A stretch of 63,302 nucleotides of DNA, counting the filler, from Craspedostauros australis (taxonomy: Eukaryota), in assembly GCA_030167865.1 (NCBI GenBank). It is 13 parts of 12 records of this genome, joined end to end, with 100 filler letters (N's around TTAATTAATTAA, not from the genome) between each part and the next. Parts side by side here need not be neighbours in the genome. Positions count along the whole stretch, not along the records: positions 1 to 4,249 come from JALAGF010006165.1; positions 4,350 to 7,200 come from JALAGF010006166.1; positions 7,301 to 22,907 come from JALAGF010006168.1; 10 more parts are not named here. One strand, 5' to 3'. The notes beneath the pieces were generated by a model. That model saw only the letters and a list, made by a program, of their open reading frames with translations. It did not search any database and had not been told where the DNA came from. Shown piece after piece: positions 1-11,000 of this stretch. Made by a program: the position numbers and the translations under genes. Each line of letters opens with the position of its first letter. Within the stretch, counting starts at the first letter, position 1.

Positions 1-81
1 GTAATGAAATAGCAAACGAACGACTATCAACCAACACCATCTTCCACGATCGTAGGTTACCGTGCGCGGAACTTGCCAACA
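1..81 (+). mobile_element. 3' end of a family-A copia LTR (cut by window edge)
   Basis: Matches the last ~80 bp of the LTRs at 168-957, 15298-16095 and 54610-55392; ends ...GGAACTTGCCAACA. Confidence 0.9.
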
Positions 82-167
82 ATCTGATCAACTCACAATG
101 CAGACTATTCAAAATAACCAATAGCACAACTCAAGATCAGCACAACAACACAAATCTACTCATTGTC
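82..167 (+). mobile_element. Internal fragment of a family-B LTR sandwiched between two A LTRs
   Basis: Near-identical to ~56465-56550 and to the reverse complement of ~2172-2256. Confidence 0.85.
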
Positions 168-957
168 TGTCGAGATGTACATGTGAGTATATGTCGAGAT
201 GTACGAGTATATGTGCATCGTTCACCTGTTATTCTCTCATACGCACTTGGACGGTATAACTACATTCGTGTCGATAGTATACTGTGATTCATCAGAATTA
301 CAGTGGAAATGGAACACACGAAAATGAGCAGAATATCTGGAGGAAATTTGCAATCGACGATTTCTGAGAGAGTTAGAACATCGTCCGTCCATCCATCAAT
401 GGTACCAAGAGAATCTCGAGGTACTTCCCAACTAAACCTCAGATGACAATATCATCNNNNNNNNNNNNNNNNNNNNNNNNNNNNNNNNNNNNNNNNNNNN
501 NNNNNNCCTACTGACGTCGACAGGATGTCATCATGTCACCACGTCGACATCTGTCTCCAAGTCAGAGCAGGAGGCGAAGATCCAATGACCGAAAGGCATC
601 AAGATCATGGATACAGAAGGTGAACTTCAAATGGTAAGTACTCATGGAGTAGGAGCCAGTACTGAATGAACGGAGTGTCAAATGCGGAGTACGCATCGAA
701 CACGGAGTATCGTGTAGCACGAGCACACGATGTTGAGAGAGAGAGAATACAGAGAGGAGCGAGAGAGCATCTCGCATACCGACTCATAGTCGGAGACCGA
801 ATCTACGAAACAGATTGAAGCACCGAGAGCATCGGGCAAGAGAACGAACGGACACCGAGAGGATCAGAGTGCCAACGTAATGAAATAGCAAACGAACGAC
901 TATCAACCAACACCATCTTCCACAATCGTAGGTTACCGTGAGTGGAACTTGCCAACA
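168..957 (+). mobile_element. Family-A copia LTR (~790 bp, TG...CA) without internal domain
   Basis: Begins TGTCGAGATG and ends GCCAACA; colinear with the 3' LTR at 15298-16095. Flanks TTGTC/TTCAT are not a TSD. There is an N gap at 458-506. Confidence 0.92.
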
Positions 958-1562
958 TTCATTGCATCTTCGAGAGTGAAGGAGGCGGGTGAGTTGAGGA
1001 CACACGTCATCTTAGAAGTCGTGGTGTCATCAGCGATATACGCCATTGTCAAGAGTCCTGTCTTGGCCATGTGGTTTCGAACCAAGCGGATGAATTGCTG
1101 GATGTTACCACCTTTCTTGAACTTGTTGGCCAATCCTTGTTCGCGCTTGGATTGGTTCGCAGAGTCAGCTCCGTTGTGGAGGATTCTCTGCTGTTGGGAG
1201 TTGGTCCACATGGTTTGGGACTCATCCTGGAGACCGCTCCATTCCACATTTGGTTCGCCTGCTGTCCAGGGTACCCAGTTGCGGCCTTGCTTGTTAAGTC
1301 CTCCCATGATGGGGACCACTGGCTTGCCGGCAAGGTCGTCGTCGTCATCGTCGCTGTCGCTGTCCGAGCTCTTACCTCCTTTGGGCGTGGGGCTCGTAAT
1401 AGCGTCAGCTGCGGCTTGGGAGGCGGCTGCTGCCATGTTCGCTGCTTGAGCGCTGGCTTCGGCTGTCAACGTTGCCTCTTGGAGGCGACGGTTTTCAGTC
1501 CGAATGGTCTCGAGCTGCGCTTGTAGCTCTTCCATCGTAGGGATGGGTTCCTCTTCCGCCAT
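958..1562 (-). pseudogene. N-terminal part of the gag-like ORF of the family-B LTR element, truncated by the A LTR
   Basis: ORF starts ~470 bp after the LTR+PBS. Coiled-coil/acidic N-terminus, then 'GLANKF..NIQQFIRLVRNHMAKTGLLTMAYI..MTCVLNSPASFTLE', resembling diatom CoDi gag (recognised from memory). Confidence 0.7.
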
Positions 1563-2034
1563 GGTGGGCGGTTTTGGCTCCTTGAGAGGTCTTCTGACTT
1601 CGAAGGGATCGATCTGTTTGCGTTCTACTGCTCTCGCTTCGACTTCACTTCGTTTTGAAGGTGTGCACTGAAGTACGATGCTGGCTTTGGAGAAGGCAAG
1701 CGCTTGGTTTTCAGGCGCAATTGAAGCTTGCTTGAGCAGAGGCTACTGCGATCCAATTGTTTGGTCGGTTATCGCAAGTTGGGACTTTTGTCCTCTCGAG
1801 ATGCTCGGTTTTCGAGCCGTGTGGTCTGATGTTTTGATCAGACGCATGCGTTGGGACCTGAGGGTCCTCTTGTGTTGCTTGGTTTGTGAGCTGTGGAGCT
1901 TAGTGTCCACCTTGGACCTGAGGGTCCTTGCAGGTTGCTCGGTTTGCAAGCATAGCCTTGGGGCTTGGTCTCAATGAGACCATACAAGCAGTTGGCAGAG
2001 GAAGTTGCTCAGAAGAGTTGGTGAACATTGGTGT

Positions 2035-2052
2035 AACCACTTGCAGCTACCA
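2035..2052 (-). promoter_or_regulatory. Primer-binding site, tRNA-iMet-like (TGGTAGCTGCAAGTGGTT)
   Basis: Directly follows the LTR on the minus strand. Complementary to a tRNA 3' end ...AACCACT-TGCAGCT-A-CCA; the TGGTAGC start is the known iMet PBS pattern. Confidence 0.75.
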
Positions 2053-2814
2053 GTTGGATTTTCGTGTGCTGTTGTGACACAATCTGGAAAGGATGGCCTA
2101 GTTGACTGCCAGATTTGAGGAATCTGATGATGAAGACAACTTGGGGCGACCATCTGGGGATTAGTAGTGAATGACAATGAAGTATATTAGTGTTGTTGTG
2201 CTGATCTTGAGCTGTGCTATTGGTTATTTGAATAGGTTGCATTGTGAGTTGATCAAGTTGAGATGTAGGATGAAGAAACGATGCTCAGTTGGATAGTGTG
2301 GCTTTGCACTGATCATAAGAGGTTCAGTGCTGAGAACGGATGATCTCTTCCTCTCTCTCTCTCTCTGCTATCTGCTATCTGCTATCTGTAGTAGTCATTC
2401 TATGCTTGAGTACAAAGGCTTGACATCTTGGTTGAGGGTGTGTTTTTGAGAACACAGGTTGTCAGGCGATGGGAATTGGTGTTAGATTCCCTGCTCTTGT
2501 TGAAGCAGAGAGGATCTCCTTGTTGTTGTCGGGTTACGTTGGCAGTTGACATGGCTGACAATGGAATCAGAGTTAGGTGCGACATGATATTTCAGAGGAG
2601 CATAGTTCCCGGAGTGTTTCGATCTCGATGATTCAAGTGAGTTTTGAATCAGCAGTGATTCGTGAGTGAGAGTGGGAGAAGGAGGGAAAATAGGGGTTTT
2701 CGTATTTGTAGGTGAAAGGTTTCGCGCCAAAATTGACACGCCAAAAACAATTTCATGGTGCGACACGGGATGCACTAAGTGGAAAGTAGTCTGTTCTTTA
2801 GATGAAATTCAACT
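2052..2814 (-). mobile_element. Family-B 5' LTR (763 bp) with AGTTG...CAACT termini
   Basis: Homology to 55917-56670 starts and stops exactly at AGTTG/CAACT; followed by PBS and gag. Confidence 0.88.
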
Positions 2815-3643
2815 CGATATCTCCCTAATTGGGTTTCACGTGTGTAATAACTTGCTGCAACAACGACAAGATCTGATTGATGTCAATCAGCACAGAGGGG
2901 GAGTGTGCTATTGGGACGAAAAGCCTCTCTCTGTGCAGGCTGCCAAAGACTGGTCTCCACGAACGTGGGCTTTCCTAGTCGTGGTTTCTAGTCCTTTTGA
3001 GAAGTTCTGCACAGAGCGTTTTGCGGAGGGAGAGGCGTCTTTCTCGATTCGAAGTCGTTCTTCCACAATCGGTTCTCATGAGACACGGGCAATTGTGAAT
3101 GGATCATCAGTTGGTGTCACAATTGTCGATTGGAACAGTGCGACACGTTGTTGGCTTCACGTATTTAACGCAGCCTTCGGTTCGACCATGCTGCTTCTGT
3201 CGTCCTCTTGAACAGGCCAAACGTGACTGCCTCCGCTGCATCAATTCGCACCAATTTTCGCCAATTCGACACACAGAGAGATTCAACACAAAAAGCGACA
3301 AAGCAAACAACAGCAACAGAATTCTCCCTCAGAAACATCACGCTCAGGCCCCGAGGCCAAGTGATCATTGTCGATCAACCTGATCGTGGGTGGCTATCAC
3401 CTCATGCAGCAGAAGATTGCATGGATGTGTCATACTCGTACGTATTATATAATATTAGCTCGCACGAGTACGAATACACAACCAAACCAACGCAAAGCAA
3501 GCCAAGACACCTCTGCATTGAGCCATCGAGCCAACGCGCAACCCATCACTCGATAGGCCTCCTCCGCAAGACAGATGTCGACAAACAACACATGATGGAC
3601 ACAATAATGTCTTCAAGCATCAACAGATCGACGACCTCCGCAT

Positions 3644-4249
3644 ATGTTTTCCAGCAGCACCACCACCACCAACACCACCAGCAAGAACTTGGAGACGGAA
3701 GGATCATTGATCACCACCACGAGCACTCCTACTCCTCCTACAGACATGGGGCCAGGCTACGTCGATCAGGACGAGGTGCCGCCGCTGCAGCAGGTGATGC
3801 AATTGCCTCAATCGCACTTGTCGCCCATGCAAGTGGGAACGCCAATGCCAAACATGGCGCAACAGAACAATCAAGGTGGTGGTGGTAGGGTGGATGATGG
3901 CCGTCGCATGCAGGTCAACCACCAGTCTGGTCCTCTGCAAGGCTACCAGAATGCACGCTACACCCATTTGCCGGTGGTGAAGCCACCTCCGCCTGCACTG
4001 TTCTCGTCTCCACTTATGCAGAATTCCGGACCACTGCGTCGATCACCCATCCAAAGTCCATCGCGCTCGCCGTTACCCAAGGCTCGTCGTCCCGACAACA
4101 TGTCCATGAACGCAATCTCTCGCAGCCCCATCGCCACTACCGTATCTGCGACTGGTACGGCGACGGCCATGGGTCCGGCCGCGATCCAAAGTCCGCCGTT
4201 CCACATTGACAATACCCAAGGCGCCACAGTGGACTCTGCTACCAGAACA
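3644..4249 (+). CDS. Pro/Ser/Gln-rich low-complexity ORF running into a contig break; unknown product
   Basis: Open for >200 codons with coding-like composition; no recognisable domain. Confidence 0.35.
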
Positions 4250-4349
4250 NNNNNNNNNNNNNNNNNNNNNNNNNNNNNNNNNNNNNNNNNNNNTTAATTA
4301 ATTAANNNNNNNNNNNNNNNNNNNNNNNNNNNNNNNNNNNNNNNNNNNN
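4250..4349. other. Artificial contig linker N44-TTAATTAATTAA-N44 (12-mer also at 7245, 22952, 25761, 27735, 29330, 36731, 38679, 40150, 42616, 45051, 60716)
   Basis: Identical six-frame-stop 12-mer centred in 100-bp N blocks. Confidence 0.97.
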
Positions 4350-4432
4350 CAGCATCAGCACCAGCACCAGCATCAGCACCAGCATCAGCACCAGCATCAG
4401 CACCAGCATCAGCACCAGCATCAGCATCAGCA
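4350..4432 (+). repeat. Tandem repeat (CAGCATCAGCAC)n
   Basis: Visible 12-mer/6-mer array at contig start. Confidence 0.9.
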
Positions 4433-4677
4433 CCAACCAGGCATGCTGTCGATGCTGCCATCACCACTGGCATCGCAATGCCAGCCTTGGGTTCCCCTCC
4501 CTACTCCCGCCAGCCCCTCCGTGCCTCTACGGAGGCGTCATGGAGTACTCGAAGGCCCCTCCTCTCACAAGCCCCAGCGGTCAAACCATTATCGGCAGCA
4601 CAAGCCAGAGCCTTCGCATCACATGCTGTGGCTCTGGCAGTACGGTCAGAATGAGCAGAAGCAAAGCCTGTGAAGGA

Positions 4678-4929
4678 GGCTGATGCAACCCAGGCTGATG
4701 CAACCCAGGCTGATGCAACCCAGGCTGATGCAACCCAGGCTGATGCAACCCAGGCTGATGCAACCCAGGCTGATGNNNNNNNNNNNNNNNNNNNNNNNNN
4801 NNNNNNNNNNNNNNNNNNNNNNNNNNNNNNNNNNNNNNNNNNNNNGGCTGATGCAACCCAGGCTGATGCAACCCAGGCTGATGCAACCCAGGCTGATGCA
4901 ACCCAGGCTGATGCAACCCAGGCTGATGC
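4678..4929 (+). repeat. 15-bp tandem repeat GGCTGATGCAACCCA (ADATQ in + frame), N gap inside
   Basis: At least 11 visible perfect units. Confidence 0.95.
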
Positions 4930-5260
4930 CCAGGACAGGCAACAACTGGGATTCACAGCAGGGATCAATGTCCCCATTGGTGATTCCATTGGCATTGAAG
5001 AGATACAATAGATTAATGCAAATGAGCACGAATTCATGCAGTTCAACAAAGATGGAGACGTGGAGGATGCCCAGGATGCAGTAAGCCCACTCGAAACAGA
5101 ACAGCTGGAGCCAGAGGATTCCGGTGAGGAGACAGATGAAGAGAATGATGATGATGAGGAGGATGCAGCCACAGAAAACACACATGTTACAGTATAGAAC
5201 GCACACACACAACTACTTTCAACTTCGTACTTCACAGATTTGGACACCAAATGACTTTCA

Positions 5261-7006
5261 TTGGTAGGTCCAAGCCATGACATTGATTCATTGCACAAGC
5301 CAAGAAGGACACTCTACAGTCTCTACGGAACTCAACAAAATGCAACTCCCTGTGACTCCGGATGCTGTGCCCGCTCCCTGGCCTCTCACAACAACAGCTT
5401 GCCAAAAGAAGACAAGGTGAAGGTCATTCTGCAACGCAGAGTCATGTTTCGCATACCACATAAAAGATTGTTGCATGCTGGTGGGATGATCCTCGCTGGC
5501 GACAAGTTTCCACACGATGACTACAAGTACCGTGTCAAGGAATCTAGAGTCCAGGGCGTGATCTCATTTCTTGCCTCCATGTTCCAGTACCGACCAGGCA
5601 TCACAAGAAGCACGAAGTTGGTTGGTGTTCTATTCCCGGCCCTGCCTATCTTCATTCGCGGATCAACATCCATAGCAGAACTCTTTGCGAAGTACAAGAA
5701 TGCAACAGATGACCCTGTTGGCAAGCCTGCCTTCAGGAGTATCCTGACACTGCTCACGCGACGTGGTAAGTGTCAAACGGGCCTGTCCTCCTTCTACACA
5801 GACACTCTGACTGTATTCATGCACTTCCAAAACATGATCAAGAGAGTCATGGAACTGCTTTGGATTCAGAACAAGAAAGATCAAGACAAAGAGCTCATGT
5901 CTGATCTTCTTGATGAGGCACAGGCCATGATCACAGATAACGATTCGGTTCTGTCATTTGCGAAATTGGAATATGCCAACAAGCACATCAAGGTGAAGTC
6001 AACCACGGATAATCTACATTCCGCAGAGCTCACACTGACGAATGGCTACCTTCCGTTTGTGGATCAGGCATGCAAGCAATGCGCAGATATCATTGCGTTC
6101 TTCCTGATTCACGTTCGTGACTTTGTGCAAACTGCCACCAACAACATCACTGGCAACACGTTCGAATTGGATCGCATGGCTGCAGCAATTAACCTGTGTG
6201 ATGACGCGCTGCGCCAGTACATGGCCCACCAAGTGAGACGAAAGGTACAAGTGCAGAAGATCAAGGAGGAAAAGGAGCACCTCAAGGACCATCCAGATCG
6301 CATCATTGCCGTCCTTGAACACAAACAACACGTTCTTCCAACCGAGAATCAGGAAGCACAGAATGAGATCTTCAGAAAGAATGGAATGTCTCTCCTTGGT
6401 GCCATAACAATCCAATACAAGAACGGCAAGTTCGAGTATCAATTCATTGACATGGTGATGCATGGGCGGAACAAGCAGGATCAAATCCAAGTTGTTGGCA
6501 CAATCAAGACTCTCCATTCCACCGTTCTTCCGAAGCTCCACAAGGGGGTCAAAGAGGTCGTTTTCCAGAGCGACAACGCCAGTTGCTTCGCAAGTCCAGC
6601 ACTGATGAGGCACATGCAAGGACTGAACCAAGGAGAGGTTGAAGTTGAGTACAAGATGCCAGAGTAGGAGAAAAGACGGAAGACGATGGGTAAGAACACG
6701 GACAAGGCTAAATCTCCACCTGCAGCAAAAATCGACACAGAAAAGCCATGTTCTCATGACGCAAAGACTGCATCATCCGCGAAGGCCAAATCACAACAAG
6801 ACGCCAAAACTCGCCTTCCCAAACCACGACTCCAAATCATCCAATGGTTGTACACCAAGGCGCAAGCTCACAGGAGTGCTTTGGATGGACACTTTGGTTT
6901 TCGTCTCGTGTCAACTCAGATGTATGTGGATAGCGCCAGGGATGCAAAGATCGCCCCCAAAGGCGATATTTTCAGAGTGCTAACATCTAGATCGAAATTA
7001 GGCTAA
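5261..7006 (+). pseudogene. Degenerate DDD-type DNA transposase (Sola3-like motifs)
   Basis: Motifs 'VLEHKQHVLP..QEAQNEIFRKNGMSL', 'FQSDNASCF' and, in the same frame after one TAG at 6665-6667, 'YTKAQAHRSALDGHFG'; upstream CxxC. Family assignment is from motif memory. Confidence 0.7.
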
Positions 7007-7116
7007 CATCTCACATGACTGGAACGTGATTCGACTTGATTGATAGTACAGTCGGATGAGGCTTTGATGATGCGATCATTCCCTGATACTACTGTCATTG
7101 GAACTGATGCAGGGAA

Positions 7117-7200
7117 TGGCATCAGAGGGTGGCATCAGAGGGTGGCATCAGAGGGTGGCATCAGAGGGTGGCATCAGAGGGTGGCATCAGAGGGTGGCAT
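7117..7200 (+). repeat. 13-bp tandem repeat TGGCATCAGAGGG
   Basis: Six or more perfect units running into a contig break. Confidence 0.95.
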
Positions 7201-8058
7201 NNNNNNNNNNNNNNNNNNNNNNNNNNNNNNNNNNNNNNNNNNNNTTAATTAATTAANNNNNNNNNNNNNNNNNNNNNNNNNNNNNNNNNNNNNNNNNNNN
7301 CTAATAGACGATCTCGTTAAATATGATACTTAACGACACGACATGTACTGGTCATTTTCAGCGAATGCAACGACACAGATTGTGGAGGTAAGACTAATTG
7401 GATTAAACAGCCTCGATTCATCTCTCTGGTCAAATGAGTCAAAAAACGCACGTTTCAATGGACTTGCCGGGTGTCCCGGACTTTGCGTTTTGTTGCTGTG
7501 AGAAAATTGTTTGTTGCGTTGCCTTGAGCAAGCGTTCAATGTCGCAACTCGGACCGACTGATGAAGCTGTTTGATGTCAGAGTTTACAATGGGAAGACAA
7601 GAGTGAATGCAATTGATTTGTACTGTGTTTGAAGAGTGTTTTGAGTTGTGAACTTTTGCAAATTATGATTAAGTTGATGATGAAGATAATGAAGATGATG
7701 ATGAAGACAATGAAGAGACAACAATCATGCAGGACATGTTTCTTGGCAGTGTTGTTTGCAGAGAGAGAATACGAAGAGTGGCGAGAGAGCATCTCGCATA
7801 CCGACTCATAGTCCGATGACCCAATCTACAAAACAGATAAACGCGCCGAGAGCATTGGGCAAGAGAATGGACACCGAGAGGATCGGAGTGCCAACGTAAT
7901 GAAATAGCAAACGAAACGACTATCAACCAACACCGTCTTCCACGATCGTAGGCTTCCAATCATGGAACTTGCCAACATATTTATAAACAATAGATCAGGG
8001 CAAGCCCGCGAATCGGATCGTACGAGGAAGACAACATCATTCAAGAGCAGCAGGCTGA

Positions 8059-11000
8059 ATGAACAAGGAAGAGGAATTGAAAGACATCCGTCTGTCCAAT
8101 CCGGCTATCAAGCAAGAAGAAGGTGCGAGTGAGACTCGACCACGACAACAGAAGGAAGCAGGCGCGCCCACTGTCCTGTCTAGCGCAGAAGCAAGCGCTG
8201 TCGACGAGACCGAAGAGGAACGGTCTGCAAGACTACATCGCGAGGGGGAGAGCATTCCCAAAGCGATCAAGCAAGAGGAGACTGGTGTGACAAAGAGTAT
8301 TCGCACGGCCAAACAGGGTGAGAAAAGTGAGACACCATCAGGAGGAGAATTTGTGACGAAAACAATCTCCGCGCAAACACAAGCGAAAATCGAAAAAGTG
8401 ACCACACAGAAACAAACGGAAGCAAGGAGCGTGCGCGCACCATCGACGAGACAACGAATCAACATGGCGACATCAGCTAACATGAACAAGCAACGTATCA
8501 AGGCGCCAATGTTCAGCGGTGACCAAGAGGATTATAACACATGGGAGTCCCAGGCGAAGGCGTACGCGCGTACGCAGAAGACGAGAGACGTGATGTTGGG
8601 CAAGACAAAGATCCCAACGATGAGCGAGATCGAAGCAGCCACCGGAGAGGCCAAGGAGGCAATGGAGGAAACCCATGAGCTGGCAGCCGACTGCTTCAGC
8701 AATCTGATCCTCATGATAGATGCAGAGAAAGGGAAAGGGCAAGCAGGCCATCCAATACATCAATCAGTGCATCTCCGACGACTACCCTGAGGGGAATCCA
8801 CACACGGCGTGGAACGTTCTCGCGGAGAAGTTCCGGCCATCCGACGCAGCAACGAAGATCAAGCTCAAGCGTCAATTCAACAACGAGAAGATGAAGAGAG
8901 ACACGGACCCCGATGTCTACATCACGCGACTCGAGCTTCTACGCTCGCGTCTCCACGATGTCGGATACACGATCACCGACGAGGAAATGATCATGAAAAT
9001 CCTCAGCACGGTGAGCAGCGAATACAGAACACACATCGTGAACTTCCATCACCAAATCACATTCAATCCTGACGTAGTCACCATCAACGCGATCAGAGGA
9101 GTACTCCGCACAGTACACGCCACTCATCAAGGAGGAAAGGCGTATGTCAACAACTTCCAAAACAGCAACATGAAGAGCAACAACACCGGCTTCACGAGCA
9201 CCGGTAACTTCAAGGGTACTTGTCACAACTGTGGCGTGTATGGCCATAGATCCGCCGATTGCCCCGAGCGTAAGAAATCAAATAACAAGAAATCGAACAA
9301 CAACAAAATGAACGGAAAGCGCAACAACAAGAACAAGGGAAGCGGCTTCAACAGGAAGTGCAACTACTGCGGCATCTTCGGACACTGTGAGGCGGAGTGC
9401 CGAAAGAAGAAGTTCAACGAAAAGAAAAAGGCCGACGAGCAGGCCAACACAGCAATGGAAGGACACGACAAGAGCGGGCACGAGATGGTACTCTCAGCAA
9501 AGGACACGCCGCTCTGCATGTTGGTGTCCGACGACTACATCAAAGACTCCTTCTTCGATAACTTCGAGTGCGTCGGGAGTGACGACGAAGTGCAGGATGA
9601 TGAGATCATCCCGGAGTGGCTCAGCGAGGAGCCAATCATCCACGAGGTGGATCCAAGACGCGAAGTGAGCTACGAATGCTGCTTCAACGCGCACGACCTG
9701 ATCGGTCCATACGGCGACGGAGCTGAGATGGACGACGAGGCCAACGATAGCGACATCGAAGAGGCAATGAGCGAAGACGATGAAGACGCCAACGAGAATG
9801 GCTCAGACGAAGACGCCGACGAGGACGGCGCAGATGGAGATGACGACGACACCATCAGAGACGGAGCGAACCGCGCCGAGGCGCCGCCTCCCCCAGCAAT
9901 GCGAAACAAGAGAACGGGCATCTTCGATGAAGAGGACAGCGACGAAGCTGAGGACCGTCCAAGCGATGCGTTCAATCCATATGAACACGTCGTCTATCCA
10001 ATCAGAATCCAATTCCCACCGGAACCAAACCCCAGAAGAGTCGACGACATCTACCGACTCCAGACCTTCCCAGAACCAACGATCACTGCAAAACGAATGC
10101 AGAAGCAGCTCATGTACGACGCGGTTCTAACAGCTGCATTACCGATGTTCCCAGGGTTCGTGAACGAACCATTGCGATACATTTGGGTGAACATGGTAAG
10201 CACCATCCTATCCGATAACTTCAAATCAATTGAAGAGATCCTCGCAAACGCAGCTATCCTCAACCGACTACTGCAAGCAAACGAAGAGGAGGAACTCTCT
10301 GAACTGGACTTACATTACGTGCTCGGAGGATGCATGAAGGTGCTCCTGCGCGAGTGACCACGCGTCACACCGTATGACACGGTCACCGGATTTCATCGGA
10401 ACAGTACGATTCCATCGGACTACGCGCAACTACCCGATGACATGAACGACGAAGAGCACCGCAATCCATACAACGAAGATGGAGTTCACGAAGACGACGA
10501 TGACGGCAGCTTCAACGACGAGATAGCTGCGGCAGCCGTGGAGCAGCTCCATGAGCTAAGCACCAGATACAAGGACAAGGTCAACAAGGACACCTGGCTT
10601 GCCGACAGTGGAGCTTCGTGTCACATCGTCAACTCAGACGCCGCTCTCTTCAACGTGCGGCACATCAAGTCATTCGTCCAAGTGGGAGACAGCACGAAGC
10701 TGGACTCTCCCAAGATGGGATCCATTCGCTTGAAGGTCAAGCAACGAGACAACACTGGCCACATCATCTGGCTCGATGATGTGAAGTACACACCCAAGAT
10801 GGCGATGAACCTTTTCTCTACGAACAAGGCTCTGTACAACGGTTACCAGCTTGGTAACAACGGCATTCTGATGGACATCATCAACGGATCNNNNNNNNNN
10901 NNNNNNNNNNNNNNNNNNNNNNNNACATCCAACGGATTCATCACGGGAGTGCAGATGCATCCCATCATGCCAACGGACGACGACAAGGCTTGCACAGCCA

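Noticed and set aside
4294..4305. Recurrent TTAATTAATTAA palindrome (12 times)
   Set aside because: Always centred in 100-bp N blocks; an artificial six-frame stop linker, not biological.
4678..4929. CRISPR-like or telomere-like array
   Set aside because: Head-to-tail minisatellite without spacers; the same holds for 7117-7200 and 21362-21440.
8720..8745. Possible programmed frameshift in gag (GAAAGGGAAAGGG)
   Set aside because: The sister copy (27735-28763) reads through in one frame (AEKGTGKQAIQ), so this is a 1-bp indel.
10355..10357. Possible gag/pol stop read-through
   Set aside because: The element has other in-frame stops inside conserved domains (11045, 13814); decay is the simpler explanation.
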